A stretch of 64,000 nucleotides of DNA from Callorhinchus milii (GCF_018977255.1 NW_024704758.1:10168001-10232000), one strand, 5' to 3'. Shown: positions 1 to 12,260, counted from the first letter of the stretch. Made by a program: numbers and translations. The notes: generated by a model from the sequence alone, not told the origin.

Positions 1-330
1 AACAAAAACAGAAATTGATGCCATTATCATAGAACTGAATAGTAAGCAATGAAGGATTTTGTTTTAGGGGTGGTTCACGATAATGAAATCACCCCTGTGT
101 CTTTATTCTGAATTGCATTCTGTTCACAAGATGCGTTTTTGTCTTCATTCAAATACTGCTGGAGAGAAACCAACTCCTCATTCTTGAAGGTTATTGCTAA
201 AGATTGCTGACATCATGTTTTTGTTTTAGCCGAATGAAGAGAGTATTCACCAACGTGGATTGGCATGAAAAGTGAACTTGGACAGGAAATATTGGTGATT
301 TGAGATTGGATTAAACCACTGTACATACTG
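1..330 (+). pseudogene. Possible decayed hAT-family transposase C-terminus (dimerisation region)
   Basis: Frameshifted fragments in order: W..., LLLKIADIMF, FSRMKRV..DW, SELGQEIL. These resemble the hAT motif LLKLAE..L / FS.MKR+KTDWR..LG.E.L. The central P.S.A..ER segment is missing. Confidence 0.3.
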
Positions 331-964
331 TATGAGGAAAAACCGGTGTGAAAAATAATGAAGCAAAACTCTGTTTGGATCATAGCATAGCAAAAGCTTC
401 AAAGACCATCAGAAATGCTTACACATTTGAATGTAACTGTGATTCTCATATCAATGCGTGCAAGTCGAACAGTTGTATGAAGGAGATCGTAGAATGCTTA
501 GGTTGATGGGGAGACCTTCAACTACACATGAAGTTAGAACTGTCAGGAATAGAATTTCTTGCCTCCTGAAGCTGCTAACCCAAAGCGATGAACTTGAACC
601 TAGAGACATTCCCATTTAGTGAGGAAATGTGACGAGTAGCCCTGGAGAGATTGAGTTAAAGCGACTCGGATTCAATGCGCCAAATACACAAAGGCTGGAT
701 GGTGACAAAGCGCCTGAATAAGACAGCAAATAATAAACAGAATAAAACTAATTGTCACTTGGTCCAACAACCCTTCAATGAGCTCCAGCATCGCAGCGAG
801 GAAACGAAGACTGAATTGAGGAATTTCCACAGTTTTGTGGAATCTCAAATGTTGAGTGAACATGGCCTTACAGACTACATCTAATTGGAATATTCAGGTC
901 CCTGAATGAGGTATGCATCCAGTTTCAGAAACCAGCGATACGAGGGAGAAATGGGAATGGGATT

Positions 965-1205
965 GGGTGGCCGCGAGCAGCTCTTTCATCTCTGGGATCT
1001 AGGTTCAAATCAAACCCAATCTGTGGGGATGACGGACTCCTTTCTCTCTGGTAGCTGCAAGCATAACTGTAGAATTGTCCTGAATGTAGCACAAAATTGG
1101 CACGCATGCTCAGAGCTACGAGAATGCCTGGTGTGAGCAAATAGAAAGGCCACAGAGATGCAATGGACCCCTTTGGACTGTGAGATCACTTTCCAATTAG
1201 AGCAA
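965..1205 (+). mobile_element. LF-SINE-like ancient SINE copy
   Basis: Collinear blocks CTTTCATCTCTGGGATCTAGGTTCAAATC (B-box-like), CACAAAATTGGCAC and AGAAAGGCCACAGAGATGCAATGG match the LF-SINE consensus as I recall it. Confidence 0.5.
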
Positions 1206-1849
1206 ACTGATCCAAACTAAATATAGTACTGTATGTTAGAATTTCTACTTATTTCTGCCATACTGCGATGATACCTTTTTCTTACTCCAAATTATGGGGT
1301 GATTGATTCACTGGGAGTTTAAATTTCCTGTTTGAGCCCCTCCCCCTCCACCTTATATAATTCTTACTTATGTAAGTGAAATGAAATCCTGTGAGTTCTG
1401 GGTGTTCCACAAGAGGGAAGAGTCCTAATTGCATCATGAACCCATAATTAATAGCAGGAAAATGATCTTATGGCAAGGCAGACTGTCTAAATATGTAAGC
1501 AGAGAATGCTCTGCCTAGAGACACGAAACAGCTGAGATTCATTCAGTTTGCACTAATATAACACAGACCATATTTCTTGTTCATCGTAATGGGTCAGGTG
1601 TTGCAGGAATGCCAGCAATTTAGAATGGAGACAAGGTCCAGAGTTTTTTTCTAAAAGAATAACTAATTATGGCACCATTTATACAGCATAATATGATCTA
1701 AATAAAATCAAGAGAAAATCTAACTTATAAAAGAATGCTGCGTTTTTATTGCACCTCAGATGGAATATCAGAGCGTGAGAACTTTTAATTTCAAACTATG
1801 ATTAGAATATATAGTTGCCATCTATTGACATTGGAAAATGAGAAGTTAA

Positions 1850-1980
1850 TTTAATACTCCTAAACTCATGTTTTCTCTTAAATATTTTGATGTTTTTTGC
1901 TTTTACTACATTTTCTGGCAATGAGTTACACATTAGTGCCACCATCTGCATGAAGTAGTTCCTTCTAAACCCCCTATTAG
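1850..1980 (-). mobile_element. CR1 LINE ORF2 C-terminal relic
   Basis: Translation RRNYFMQMVALMCNSLPENVVKAKNIKIFKRK resembles CR1 RRNFFTQRVV..WNSLPE.VVEA....FKR. Confidence 0.65.
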
Positions 1981-1983
1981 AGC

Positions 1984-2088
1984 ACAAATATACAGTCAAT
2001 TCACTTTACAATATATTCTGTGAAGCGCTTTGAGACGTCTAGAAGACGTGAAAAGCGCTATTTCAAATGCAAGGATTATTATTATTAT
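1984..2088 (+). mobile_element. 5'-truncated young SINE (L2-type tail)
   Basis: Near-identical to the 3' end of the full copy at 50688-51011; ends in (ATT)n. Confidence 0.9.
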
Positions 2089-2679
2089 AGATCTACTACT
2101 ACCTATCATACATTTAGCAATGACACTTCACTAGAATTTTGTAGGATATAATGCCACGCACTAACCTGTTGGCCTTTCTTGCTCTGTCTTTGGCAGGTAG
2201 GATTGAGATCCGACTTTGAAAGATATTTTTCTGTTTCTCGAAATTACGAACAAACTTTTAATTTCACCCTCGGCAAACCTGGAATTACAAATTCACTTGA
2301 AAAACCACACTCCACAGTTCAAATTACATTTTCAGATCCATATCTTAAGCCTTTCCTGAGTTTCAGATAACAAATACCTTCTGAGTATTTCAACACTGGA
2401 TTTGAGTTTGTCTTTATCTGGGCTCTAACACATGGTGATGTATAAAAGCAGCAAATGTGATCTTAAACAAAAGATGCACTCAAAAGCTAATAATTAGATT
2501 GTATTTTTTTTTAAATCATGGTTAGGATTTGGTAGAATTGATCTTCGCCATGATGATTGCTGTGTGGTTTTTGATTGTTCCTGAAGGTGACGATTGCTGA
2601 GGATTCATACCATCAGGTACAAGATTCGAGGGTATTTTAGAATCAGCCCACCACTCTTTCATTCTTACTTACTTGTCAG

Positions 2680-2892
2680 AAGGTAAAATCATATGGGAAT
2701 GAATCACAAATTCCTATTAACTGACCTCAACTCAGTTATTCATTTCCTGGTCGTTTGTAGGAAGTCGCTGTGTGTAAATTGGCTACCGTGTTCGTCTGCA
2801 AAATGCAGTCAATACACTTTGAGTAAATCTTGAGAAGTGCTTTTTGAGAGGTTCTCCAGATGTGAACAACATCAAATACAAGGATTATTATA
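2680..2892 (+). mobile_element. Old DeuSINE 3' half
   Basis: GCTGTGTGTAAATTGGCTACCGTGTT Deu-domain block followed by a diverged tail ...AAATACAAGGATTATTA. Confidence 0.65.
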
Positions 2893-3277
2893 AGATTACT
2901 CATCAACTTGATAATCCTCTCAGAAAATTGACGTAACATTTGAGGTCGCAGTTCCTAGCTAATGGGATTAATCACCACAAAATGGACTTTTCCTGGAGAA
3001 TTATCAATGAGGATGGAACTTGGTTTGTACACTTGAGGGAGAAGCAGTTTGATTGATGAAGTCCTTTAGTGGAGCTCTTCAATCAAGTCACTGGCTCCAT
3101 CATGTGAGTGTGTACCGATTATTACTGTGCAATTATAAAACACGAAGACGTCAGTGAAAGGAGCAGTGATACTTCTGATCCACTGCTTGATTTTCTCTTT
3201 CTGAGATAATGTTTCTGTTACCACAGATAAACCTGACTTGAGTAACCAGTGCTGTAGATTGTTTGCATTTTTTCCTT

Positions 3278-3345
3278 AACAACAACAACAACAACTTGGA
3301 ATTATATAGCGCCCTCCACGCCGGACGGCGTCTCAGAGCGCTTTG
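3278..3345 (-). mobile_element. L2 LINE 3' terminus with (GTT)n tail
   Basis: Reverse complement CAAAGCGCTCTGAGACG...GAGGGCGCTATATAATTCCAAG(TTG)n, same layout as the L2 end at 39435-39624. Confidence 0.75.
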
Positions 3346-4776
3346 ATACTACAATTCTGTTGCTCATATCTACTGCAATGATTTTGTGCTCTAAAAACAA
3401 TTATTTGGCTTGGTGTATATTAATATTGGAAGAGCCAAGAGCGCACAGTACTCCAAATCCATTAGCTGTATATAAGTTTTCTGTGCGATAAACCTGACGT
3501 AACATTCAATGCTCCTCAGTGGTCAAGTTATTTTCAGAGCATAAAAAGCAACTTATTCGAATGTTGCATTCCTATTTTTTTTTAAATGTGTTCACCAAAC
3601 CTGATATAAAGTACGATTCATAGAAAAAAATGAATCTCCATCATTTGTCGAAAGTCAACCACGCATGTTACTTTCAATCCTGATCCAGTTTCAAAGCTCT
3701 GCACAAAACAACGGATTTGAGAGAATTCTTAAATTACTTCCGAGTTATTGTATTTGCAGGCAGGCAAGACACAGACCAAAGCAATTATTTTCTGAGCACT
3801 TTACAGAATGTAGAAGTTAATAAACTATGGCAGTTAGTAAAATGACATTAAGGCCATGTGTGAGTATAACTTTATTGACGTTGTGGCAATTTTCCATCGA
3901 TTAATAACCGAGCTGTTAATTATGCAAGAGTGGAGCAGATTGAATATTCTAATATTATATTTCATCAGAAGTAATCCTTACTGTGTGACAATTGAATAAT
4001 CTTTGCACAAATTGGTCTCTGCCGGCAAAGGAAATGGGATTTTCCCTTTTTGGTGCAAACCATTATCAGGAAAATGTCTCACTCTGCAATTCCAGTGTTG
4101 ATATGACATTCTGTGTTACAGGGAAAGACATAAGGTAAGATCATCTTCAAATAGAAATTCTCCTATGTAAAATTGACTGTCCAACTCATTGAAATTTTGT
4201 ATATTCACAGAAGTTGTATACTTCGAGGAAGCCTCAGGGCAGATTGATTAGACATTAGGTAAAAGCAGATACAGTTGTGTCACGCTCAAAATATTTCTCA
4301 GACATGACTGCAGCCCAATTATTTACATAATAGTATTTTTAAATATTATTCCTCAACTTGAACATTTTGAGCAAGCACTTGGCAACTTACAAAATGCACA
4401 CAGATTTTTCTGTCACAGAGGTTTTTTTTCAAGCTGAAATATTGTGAACTGGAATCGGGGACATAATACAGTTAATTTAACATGCTGTATTATAGGAAAC
4501 TTGAGGCAAGGCAATAATTTGCACTAAAGCCAAAAAAGTCTCACTCTATGTGGTGATGCCAATTAGGTTGCTTGTATTCCCCTATTCCCTGTCAGTGTTC
4601 TAACATAGAATTATGGTGTCTGCACAATATTATAAATTACATTATTAGCCTGTGTAAATGACAGTACAGAAGTCATGAGAAAATCTATACCTATCACTAA
4701 ATTTCTCTTTTGATCACCTTAATGTCTGAAGCGTGCAGACACCCGTCATCACCCTGGGTGCCCCAGACGCAGGAAA

Positions 4777-4970
4777 ATAATAATAATTAAGCCATGTATT
4801 TGATATAGCACCTTATCACATTACCGAGACATCTCAAAGCGCTTCACAGAATATATTGTAAAGTGGATTGACCGTATATTTTGTGGGCGAAACACAGCAG
4901 ACAATTGCGCACAGCAGATGGAAGGGAACTCGGCCAAGGATTCAGGGAGAATAACTAATGCTGTTCTCAT
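4777..4970 (-). mobile_element. DeuSINE 3' part
   Basis: Tail and Deu block homologous to other copies; extends into GGCCAAGGA...GGGAGAA (reverse complement of the Deu TTCTCCC..TCCTGGCC block). Confidence 0.75.
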
Positions 4971-7214
4971 CATTTTTCAAAAATACAGACACTGAATAAC
5001 TCCAGGCAAATGAATGTTTTCAGTATATTTTAGCTGTTTCAATTTTGTGACTCCTCCATTGATTTCTTTATATGCTCTGCTGGTTCTCTTATTTCTTTAA
5101 AATTCCTGCACAGTGCTCATTCCGGATTCACAGTGGTTAGTGGATCAGCAATGATCTGAGACAGTTTAATACTTTGCTGCGGTTGGAAGTCAATCTATTT
5201 AAACATTTGTTTAAATATTGGATTGACGTTTGCAGGAGCAGAACCCAGAAATAAGTGCAATGGATGGAGAGTGACTCTTCGCATTTGATTTCAAATTTTG
5301 ACTTTCGAAAAAATATGCAAAGCTTGGGACGTGTTAATGACCATTTTCTTGAACTGCGTTCTTAGTGACTCATATCAGTTGTCCACAGCACTAGGTTCAA
5401 CGTGTTTCAGCTCTGTCTAGCCCTACACCTGAACTTTATTGGATTGCACAAGTATGTGGGAGGTGGAGAGAAATTTGCAGCTGTTTTCTTTGATCGCAAA
5501 AAACAAACAATTATACGTAGCATGGGACCATGCTTTTTTATATAATGGTATGACAGACCGAAGTTTGACGAGTGAATTTCGTCAATGAATAGACATTATT
5601 GTTCAATAATTACACCACTGCCTCGCCTTTGTGTCTGGTTGGTCATCATTGAGAAAGAAAAACCTGTCCAAATTCAGGGAGATGATAAAATATTCAGAGT
5701 ATGATATAAAAATTATAGAAGTGAGAAAACCAAATTAACAGACTAGAGATAAAAGACCAGAGTAAATCCCTACGAGGCATGTAAAACCAGAGATGAAGAT
5801 AATCCCAATTGAAAGAAAACCTTGTAAATGGTGTGCTTTGTGTGCTAGGTGCAGTCTTAATGAAGTCTCTTGTCTTCATAATCTGGACTGTTTCACATTT
5901 CACAATCGCTAATCAAATCTGGCCTCAGAATCTAGCTCTGGGCTGAAACTGTCCTGGGTTTTCATTGCACTATTTGTGATAAATCACCACAATTTTGCCA
6001 ACGATTTACCACGAAAGGTGTAAGGTATGAGCACTCGCATCTACTGCTACCCCACAACCCCCACACCCACCCTTAACACCATTTAGTTTTATAGACCCTT
6101 GGGAAATGGGAGTGCAGTCATACTCCTCTTTAGTAGCAGTCAGCAGTTGCTCATAGGATAAATTCAATCTGTTTTGATTCTCAACTCCATCTATCCAGCT
6201 ATCTTCCCATTATATAGTTCAAATCCATGATCTTCTCACTTCAACCCAACAAATCTGTATTAATGCTCAGCCAAGACCTTGTCCACCATTTTTGCTGGTT
6301 GTTGGAGCTTTTTCCCCAGACCGTATAATTCCTTGAAATGTTGTCCGTTTTACACAGAAACAAGATTGTAATTGAAAAATATCATCGATATTATTTTGAA
6401 GCATGAGGAGTGAAAGAATGTGCCTCTTGCCATTACAATGCACATTTTTCCAGATCTCTCTCTGCTTTAAGAAACCACTACAATCAATTTTGTGAGACAT
6501 TTGATCTTGTTATAGATATCTCCAGTTGCACCCACGGCCTGAATTATCACACAAATGCACGTAAAGGGTTGTCCCCCTGTTATCCTGAGCTGATTTCAGT
6601 GCATCCTCAGGAGGACTTGTTGAGCTTATTGCACAGAGAGCCGAGGGATAACTTATCCCATTCTTATCTTTATGCTAATTACAGTTAGGAATTTGGTTAC
6701 AGAATTTTTTGCAGTTGGCGCACTAAATTAAGTTTAATGCAGAGTTGAATCACAAAATTAGTCCTTGATAAAAATTCAACATTACCCTGATTACATAAAA
6801 TAATTATAATAAGTGAATCTTTGCAGCACTGGGCCCAGAATTTGATATGCCATCTAAAAGTCTTGTTCATTATTTGTAAGGGTTGTGGAACAAAATACTA
6901 ATTAAAAGATGCTGTCTGAGAAAGATGGTGCTGAAGTTAGCAGAGTAGCTGTCGATGGAAGAATAAATGAGGTTCCTGGCAAGCTGTTATAATGTTTGCG
7001 AGAAAAGATGTTTTTCTGTCCGTCAGTAATGGGAAACCCATTAGCCATGCACCCACCGCATTATAGATCCTTTACCTAACCAGCATTTCAAAGCTTCCTC
7101 TCCTTTAACGAGAATCTGAGATCCAAACAATATACTTGACAATAAACACCAAATCAGACATTTGTGGTCAAGCCTCAAATAACTAATGTCTTTTATTTGT
7201 TGCCAGTTTTCTTG

Positions 7215-7590
7215 CTTGTCTCCCGAGGGCTATGTGTCCGCAGTGATATGGAAAAATATTGTGCCCAAGTGATCATTCTTTATATGTGCACTTGGATAGT
7301 GAGCACTGACAGGCTACATGGCTGTGGGAAGCATCCTAGTGTAAATGCGTTTCTCTCTTCTCCTGGTATCCACACATACAGGCTTCATGCCAGGGGTCAT
7401 TGGATGGCAATCAGGCATGTGCACCATTACTGATATGTTTTCCCTTGCATTGCCTTCGGGTGTTGATGCCAATTGTAACACCACATGTTTCTTCAGCTAG
7501 CGTCAGCTAACTTAGCAATAGGATCAAACCTGAGGCATCTTGATCTGTCGAGTATTCAAGATGTATTTCCCCTATGAGCCATTTGGAGGA
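7215..7590 (-). mobile_element. Old SINE-like repeat, second family ('family B')
   Basis: Shares blocks with 18365-18385, 49915-50030 and 58850-59165, e.g. CCAAGTGATCATTCTT and TCAGCTAA. Confidence 0.5.
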
Positions 7591-8077
7591 GAACTTTTGA
7601 AAATGACTGCAAACCTCTGAATGAAGAAACTTTATAAAGAAACTTATAAAAAAAATACTTTTTGCTAAGATGCTAGGTTCAGAATTTTTTTAAAATATTT
7701 TTGAATGACTAAATGCTGTCATGCTGTTCAAATGCATGACATAATTGATCATAATTTTTGATTTGTATTGTCTGAGCAACATAGAAAGCACAAGAGTAAA
7801 AGTAATAATAAATTAAAGTAATCCTTGCATTTGGTACAGCGCCTTTCACAACAGGAGGACATCCCAAAGAGCTTTGCAGGATCTTAATCTTAAGAGAGAA
7901 AAAGGCTATGGCTTAGATGAAAACTTGGGACAGGGTTAAAACTAAGCAGTATTATCATTGACTCCTATTTGTTTAATAAAATGGAGGGCATATTTGTTAT
8001 ATTAGGGATTTAAAATATTGCAGGGATTAATGAGTAATTAGGAGAAAATCTTTTTTTTATAGTAATGGAACAAAAAT

Positions 8078-8381
8078 ATAATAATATTATCCTTGCATTT
8101 GATATAGCACTTTTCATGTCTTCTAGACACCTCAAAGCACTTCATAGAATATAGTGAAAAGTGAATTGACTGTATATTTTGTGGGCGAAACGCAGCAACC
8201 AATTGAGCACAGCAGTGTCCCACAAACAGTCGTGGACTGAGTGACCAAATTATTATCGTTTTTTTCTTGAGAGATTATTATCAGGTGTGTGGATTAAGGA
8301 AACTTACCCACGGTTTTGCCCTGCCAGGATACAAACCCAGGTCTCTCACGTGCGAGACTAGTGCTCTAACCATTGAGGTTA
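8078..8381 (-). mobile_element. Full-length tRNA-headed SINE, older subfamily
   Basis: Collinear with the 17672-17966 copy; shares its CCACACACCTGATAA junction. Confidence 0.9.
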
Positions 8382-9479
8382 GGTATATTAAGAAAGTCAT
8401 TGTTAATGATGGATTTTGTGACATTGGCACTGCAAAATAACATAAATTGAATCTACAGTGAATTTTCAGAAATACATGATGGTCACCTGCCCATCTGCCT
8501 ACCCCTCTTTTCTCCTCTGCTTATTTTCCAATTCTGGACATACTCCAAGACATTAGTCTGTGTGAAGAAGAATATATAAATGCAAGTAGCTGTGGTAATT
8601 TTTTTAATGATATGCTAACTATATAATATAAACTGATTTATACACGCAAATTGTACTGCCCAGACAAGAGTTGTGCTGTAGCTCAAACACGATTCCTTTT
8701 ATCAATTATGACGGGATATATTAATTGTTAAAGGGGACCTCGTACTATAGTGTACTCGTTAGCTCAATTTCAAATAGAATTTCTCATGTAACTTAAACTC
8801 TAAGATCTTATCGTTCTGAAACATGACAGTTTACGTAATGGCAAAAGCTTATTGTAGAGGCACATTCATTTGCTTCATATTAACAAGATGGATGTTTGGG
8901 CACTTTCTGTAGCTAAGAAGAAAATAAGCTTTCCTCAATATTTCCAAAACAAGCCTTATCTTTCAGAATCTTGGGAAATGTTTATTATGTTAAAGAGGAG
9001 AAAAGCTATGGCATACAATGACTTCATCACAAAACCTTGATCTTCTCAATGTCTTTAAATGTTTTTTCTTTCAACTCGAAGTTCTTAGTTCTTTATGTTT
9101 CTCATATAACCTATGGTTATTGCCTCTTATCTTTCAGATTGCATTCCTCATCTTTCATCTATTGACGTTCTTAGCATCACTATCTCCTATGATCTTAAAT
9201 GAAACTCTCACTTAACTTCCATTGCAAAAGATACCTCCAAAAAGCTATGTTCTTAATTTATGCAAATTGCTTATTTTCCCCTCAGCAATGTTCCCTCTCT
9301 ATATAGCCAAGTGTATCCAAGACTTAAATACTGGAGAGATTACATGAAAAGATGTGACCCTTTCTCACTTATAACTTTGAAATGCACTCTTCACCTTTTT
9401 CTTTCTCACTCACATAAGCCTAGATTTTTTTCTTTTGTTTCTCTATTTTATTGGTGGTCATCACTCTTCTGTATCTTCT

Positions 9480-9625
9480 TTCTATCCTTCAAATGTATCA
9501 TCTTTCCCACTCCTCCTCCTCCTCTCGTACTTCTCTTCTAAATGTTTTAGTCTTGGTGAGAGTCAAGCACTCAGGGCTTTAACAACTCACCCAAGTTCAT
9601 CAATAAAAACAATGCTGATAAGATA
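9480..9625 (-). pseudogene. Possible LINE (CR1/L2) AP-endonuclease N-terminal relic
   Basis: With frameshifts reads IVFIDE-TW ... TFRR ... RGGGGV, the order of the APE motifs I.ITETW / FRRDR / RGGGV. Confidence 0.4.
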
Positions 9626-10439
9626 AAATTTGTGAAAGCTAAGTGTTATTATGAGATACCCCATTGTTTCAAATGCAATAACATCTTTATAGATCATCTA
9701 TCATGGTATTGCTGTTTTATTGATTAGGTAATCACATTACCCAAAGAGGCATATTTTTGATGCAGACATCAGTTTGTGCAGAAATGTCTAAAAAACAAAG
9801 ATATAAATAAATAATTCTTATATAGTGTACATCTATACTATTTAATTTATCAATGAGGTTCTACGATACCTGTGTGTAAAGGTAAGAAATTAAAGAATAA
9901 ACAAACATTTTTTTTTGTAGGAGTTAATTAAAATATCGACTTGTAAGGCTTTGAACTATAAAATGAATTCTGATTAGAATAGTGTGGGACAATGACTTTC
10001 ACGATGACATGAAGAAATGCATCAATTGTTATCATCGTTATTATTATTTATTATTAACAAAGCAAATATGAATGACATTACCTCTGACTCAAATCACAAA
10101 CAATGCTGCAAATGTGAGGAAACAGATTCAGCCATTTATTGTATTGCCTCAATCTGATCAGTTTCTTATTTGCCAATGGAACTTGAGCTCCACCCTCTGG
10201 CAATGATTTTAATATGTAGCCCATCAGGACTGCAGAAACCAGAATAAGCAGCATTACCACTAATTGCAATAATTTGACAATGATCTTTATTTTCTAAACC
10301 AAAACTAATGTGTTAATTTGAATAAAGTTACGAATCTCAATGGAGTGATCTGGCATTTTGACTGCTCAATATTGCATTTCAGAAACAATCTAATTTCAAA
10401 CTGTGGCTTAAGACCAAGAATGTACATTTCTTTATATAT

Positions 10440-10700
10440 AATAATAATCCTTGCATTTGATATAGCGCTTTTCATGTCTTCTAGACGTCTCAAAGTACTT
10501 CACAGAATATACTGTAAAGTGAATTGTGGGCGAAACATGGCAGCCAATTGCGCACAACAACGTCCCACAAACAGTCATGGATTGAGTGAGAAAATTATTC
10601 ATGTTTTTTTTGTAAGGATTATTATCCCCGAATAGTGATATGCCAATTGACTAATAATCGGGTTCCTACTTACTGCTAGGTAAACAGAGCTGCTAGGTAA
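10440..10700 (-). mobile_element. 5'-truncated SINE variant with extra internal segment
   Basis: Standard tail and Deu block at 10440-10626, continuous with CTCTGTTTACCTAGCAGTAAGTAGGAACCC on the minus strand. Confidence 0.8.
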
Positions 10701-12017
10701 CATATATATACATATATATATCATATATATTTAAATGTGCATATAATGACAAAAAAATTGTTTGGGATCGAGCCATTCTGTAATGTCATTTTCTGTCTCA
10801 GGGTAAAATCAGTGTGAAATCTTGGACCTCTTTTTGTGAATATAAAATAGGTTTGCCGGCTTGTACCAAAATAGAACTCTTTGTACCATTAAGTATTTTG
10901 GTCTTTGTTTATTCAGTCCTTGTCCAAATATCATGCCAACCCACAAATGATCAGCTCTGGTAACTTTTTAACATCAACATTACAATTCTATCTGAATAGA
11001 ATACTGCTGATATCAAAGCTACTGAATAACTGAAGACTGCATGAGAAATTAGCCTGATTTGTTTCACTGTCTTTGTTTAAAGAAAAAACAGCTTTGTTCA
11101 AGACTGAAAAAGTGATTAGTTCTGAATATTATTGCCACCAGCAAACAAGTTGCATTTATAACCTGGAATCAGCCCATTATCAAATGAAATTTTCATGTTT
11201 CAAATTTTAATAATTGAAGGTTTATTTAAAAGTAATCTAAGAGTCTATGTTTGGTGACTGTAATGCCAGTTGAAGCAACATGCTCTATATCATTGTTAGG
11301 GGTTGACTTTTACAATAGATAACATACACAAATTAAAGTTTAAAAAGGATTAAATATGGCATTGATAATTCATGTATAATGTTAGGATCTGGACAGGTAG
11401 GGAGGAAAGCAAAGAGCAGGCGAAGTGCAGCGAGTAAGGCACACAGGTAATAATGTTGTATAAATAATCCCTTGGATGTGTGAAATAAGGTCTGCAAAAC
11501 CAAGAGAAGTAATATGTTTGTTCTCTCAACCATTTATTCCCCGTTGTTTTAATGCACTGGGAATCTTTTTGCAGCCTTTAAACTATGATTTTTACACATG
11601 TTTAGAGAACTAAAACACATTTGGAATTACAGGAGAGATACATTTCATTTTTCATTGAGCTGCTTTTTGCATTCAGTAATAAAGTACATTTTATATCAGC
11701 ATTATTGTTACAATAAGCTTTGGAATACAGTAGCATCCTTGAACTCAACACCGTGTCTTTAACTGATTGTACTCTCATTTCATTCCTTTCTTGTTTGTAA
11801 GGTCAATGTAGCCCAAGGGGCCAATAAAAGGTAACAGTGACTGCATCATTTTCCCCTGCATTACTGCATAAATAATATATGTCCTTGGCCGACAAGAGAA
11901 ATTTCCCACACGTAGCACAGCTACATGTTATATCTCTCTGTGGAGTGACCCTTGGGGCAATATACAAAACACAATTGCAGTCAACACTGGTATCTATCTG
12001 TATATCATTCTTTTTAA

Positions 12018-12260
12018 TCAGTTGAAATCCAAGAGTCCCTGTGGGTCCAAAGCTGGTGTTTTATGGACAGCGTGCCATTGTACATTAAACAAAGATTCTC
12101 TCAGAAGACTGATGGCTATGATAATAGCTGCAACTGTTATGACAACCAGTAAACTGGTAAAAGCTGCAACTCCCGCAAACTGGATTATACCAAAACCTGC
12201 TGTCAGGTTTATTTCATTGTGCAGCCATGATATTGGCACAATGAATCCAAAATGAATCAT
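12018..12260 (-). CDS. Candidate 80-aa single-transmembrane microprotein (unverified)
   Basis: ATG-to-stop ORF with one long hydrophobic segment, an N-terminal NLT sequon and an open antisense frame; outside recognised repeats; no confident homology. Confidence 0.2.
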   Translation of the reverse strand: MIHFGFIVPISWLHNEINLTAGFGIIQFAGVAAFTSLLVVITVAAIIIAISLLRESLFNVQWHAVHKTPALDPQGLLDFN

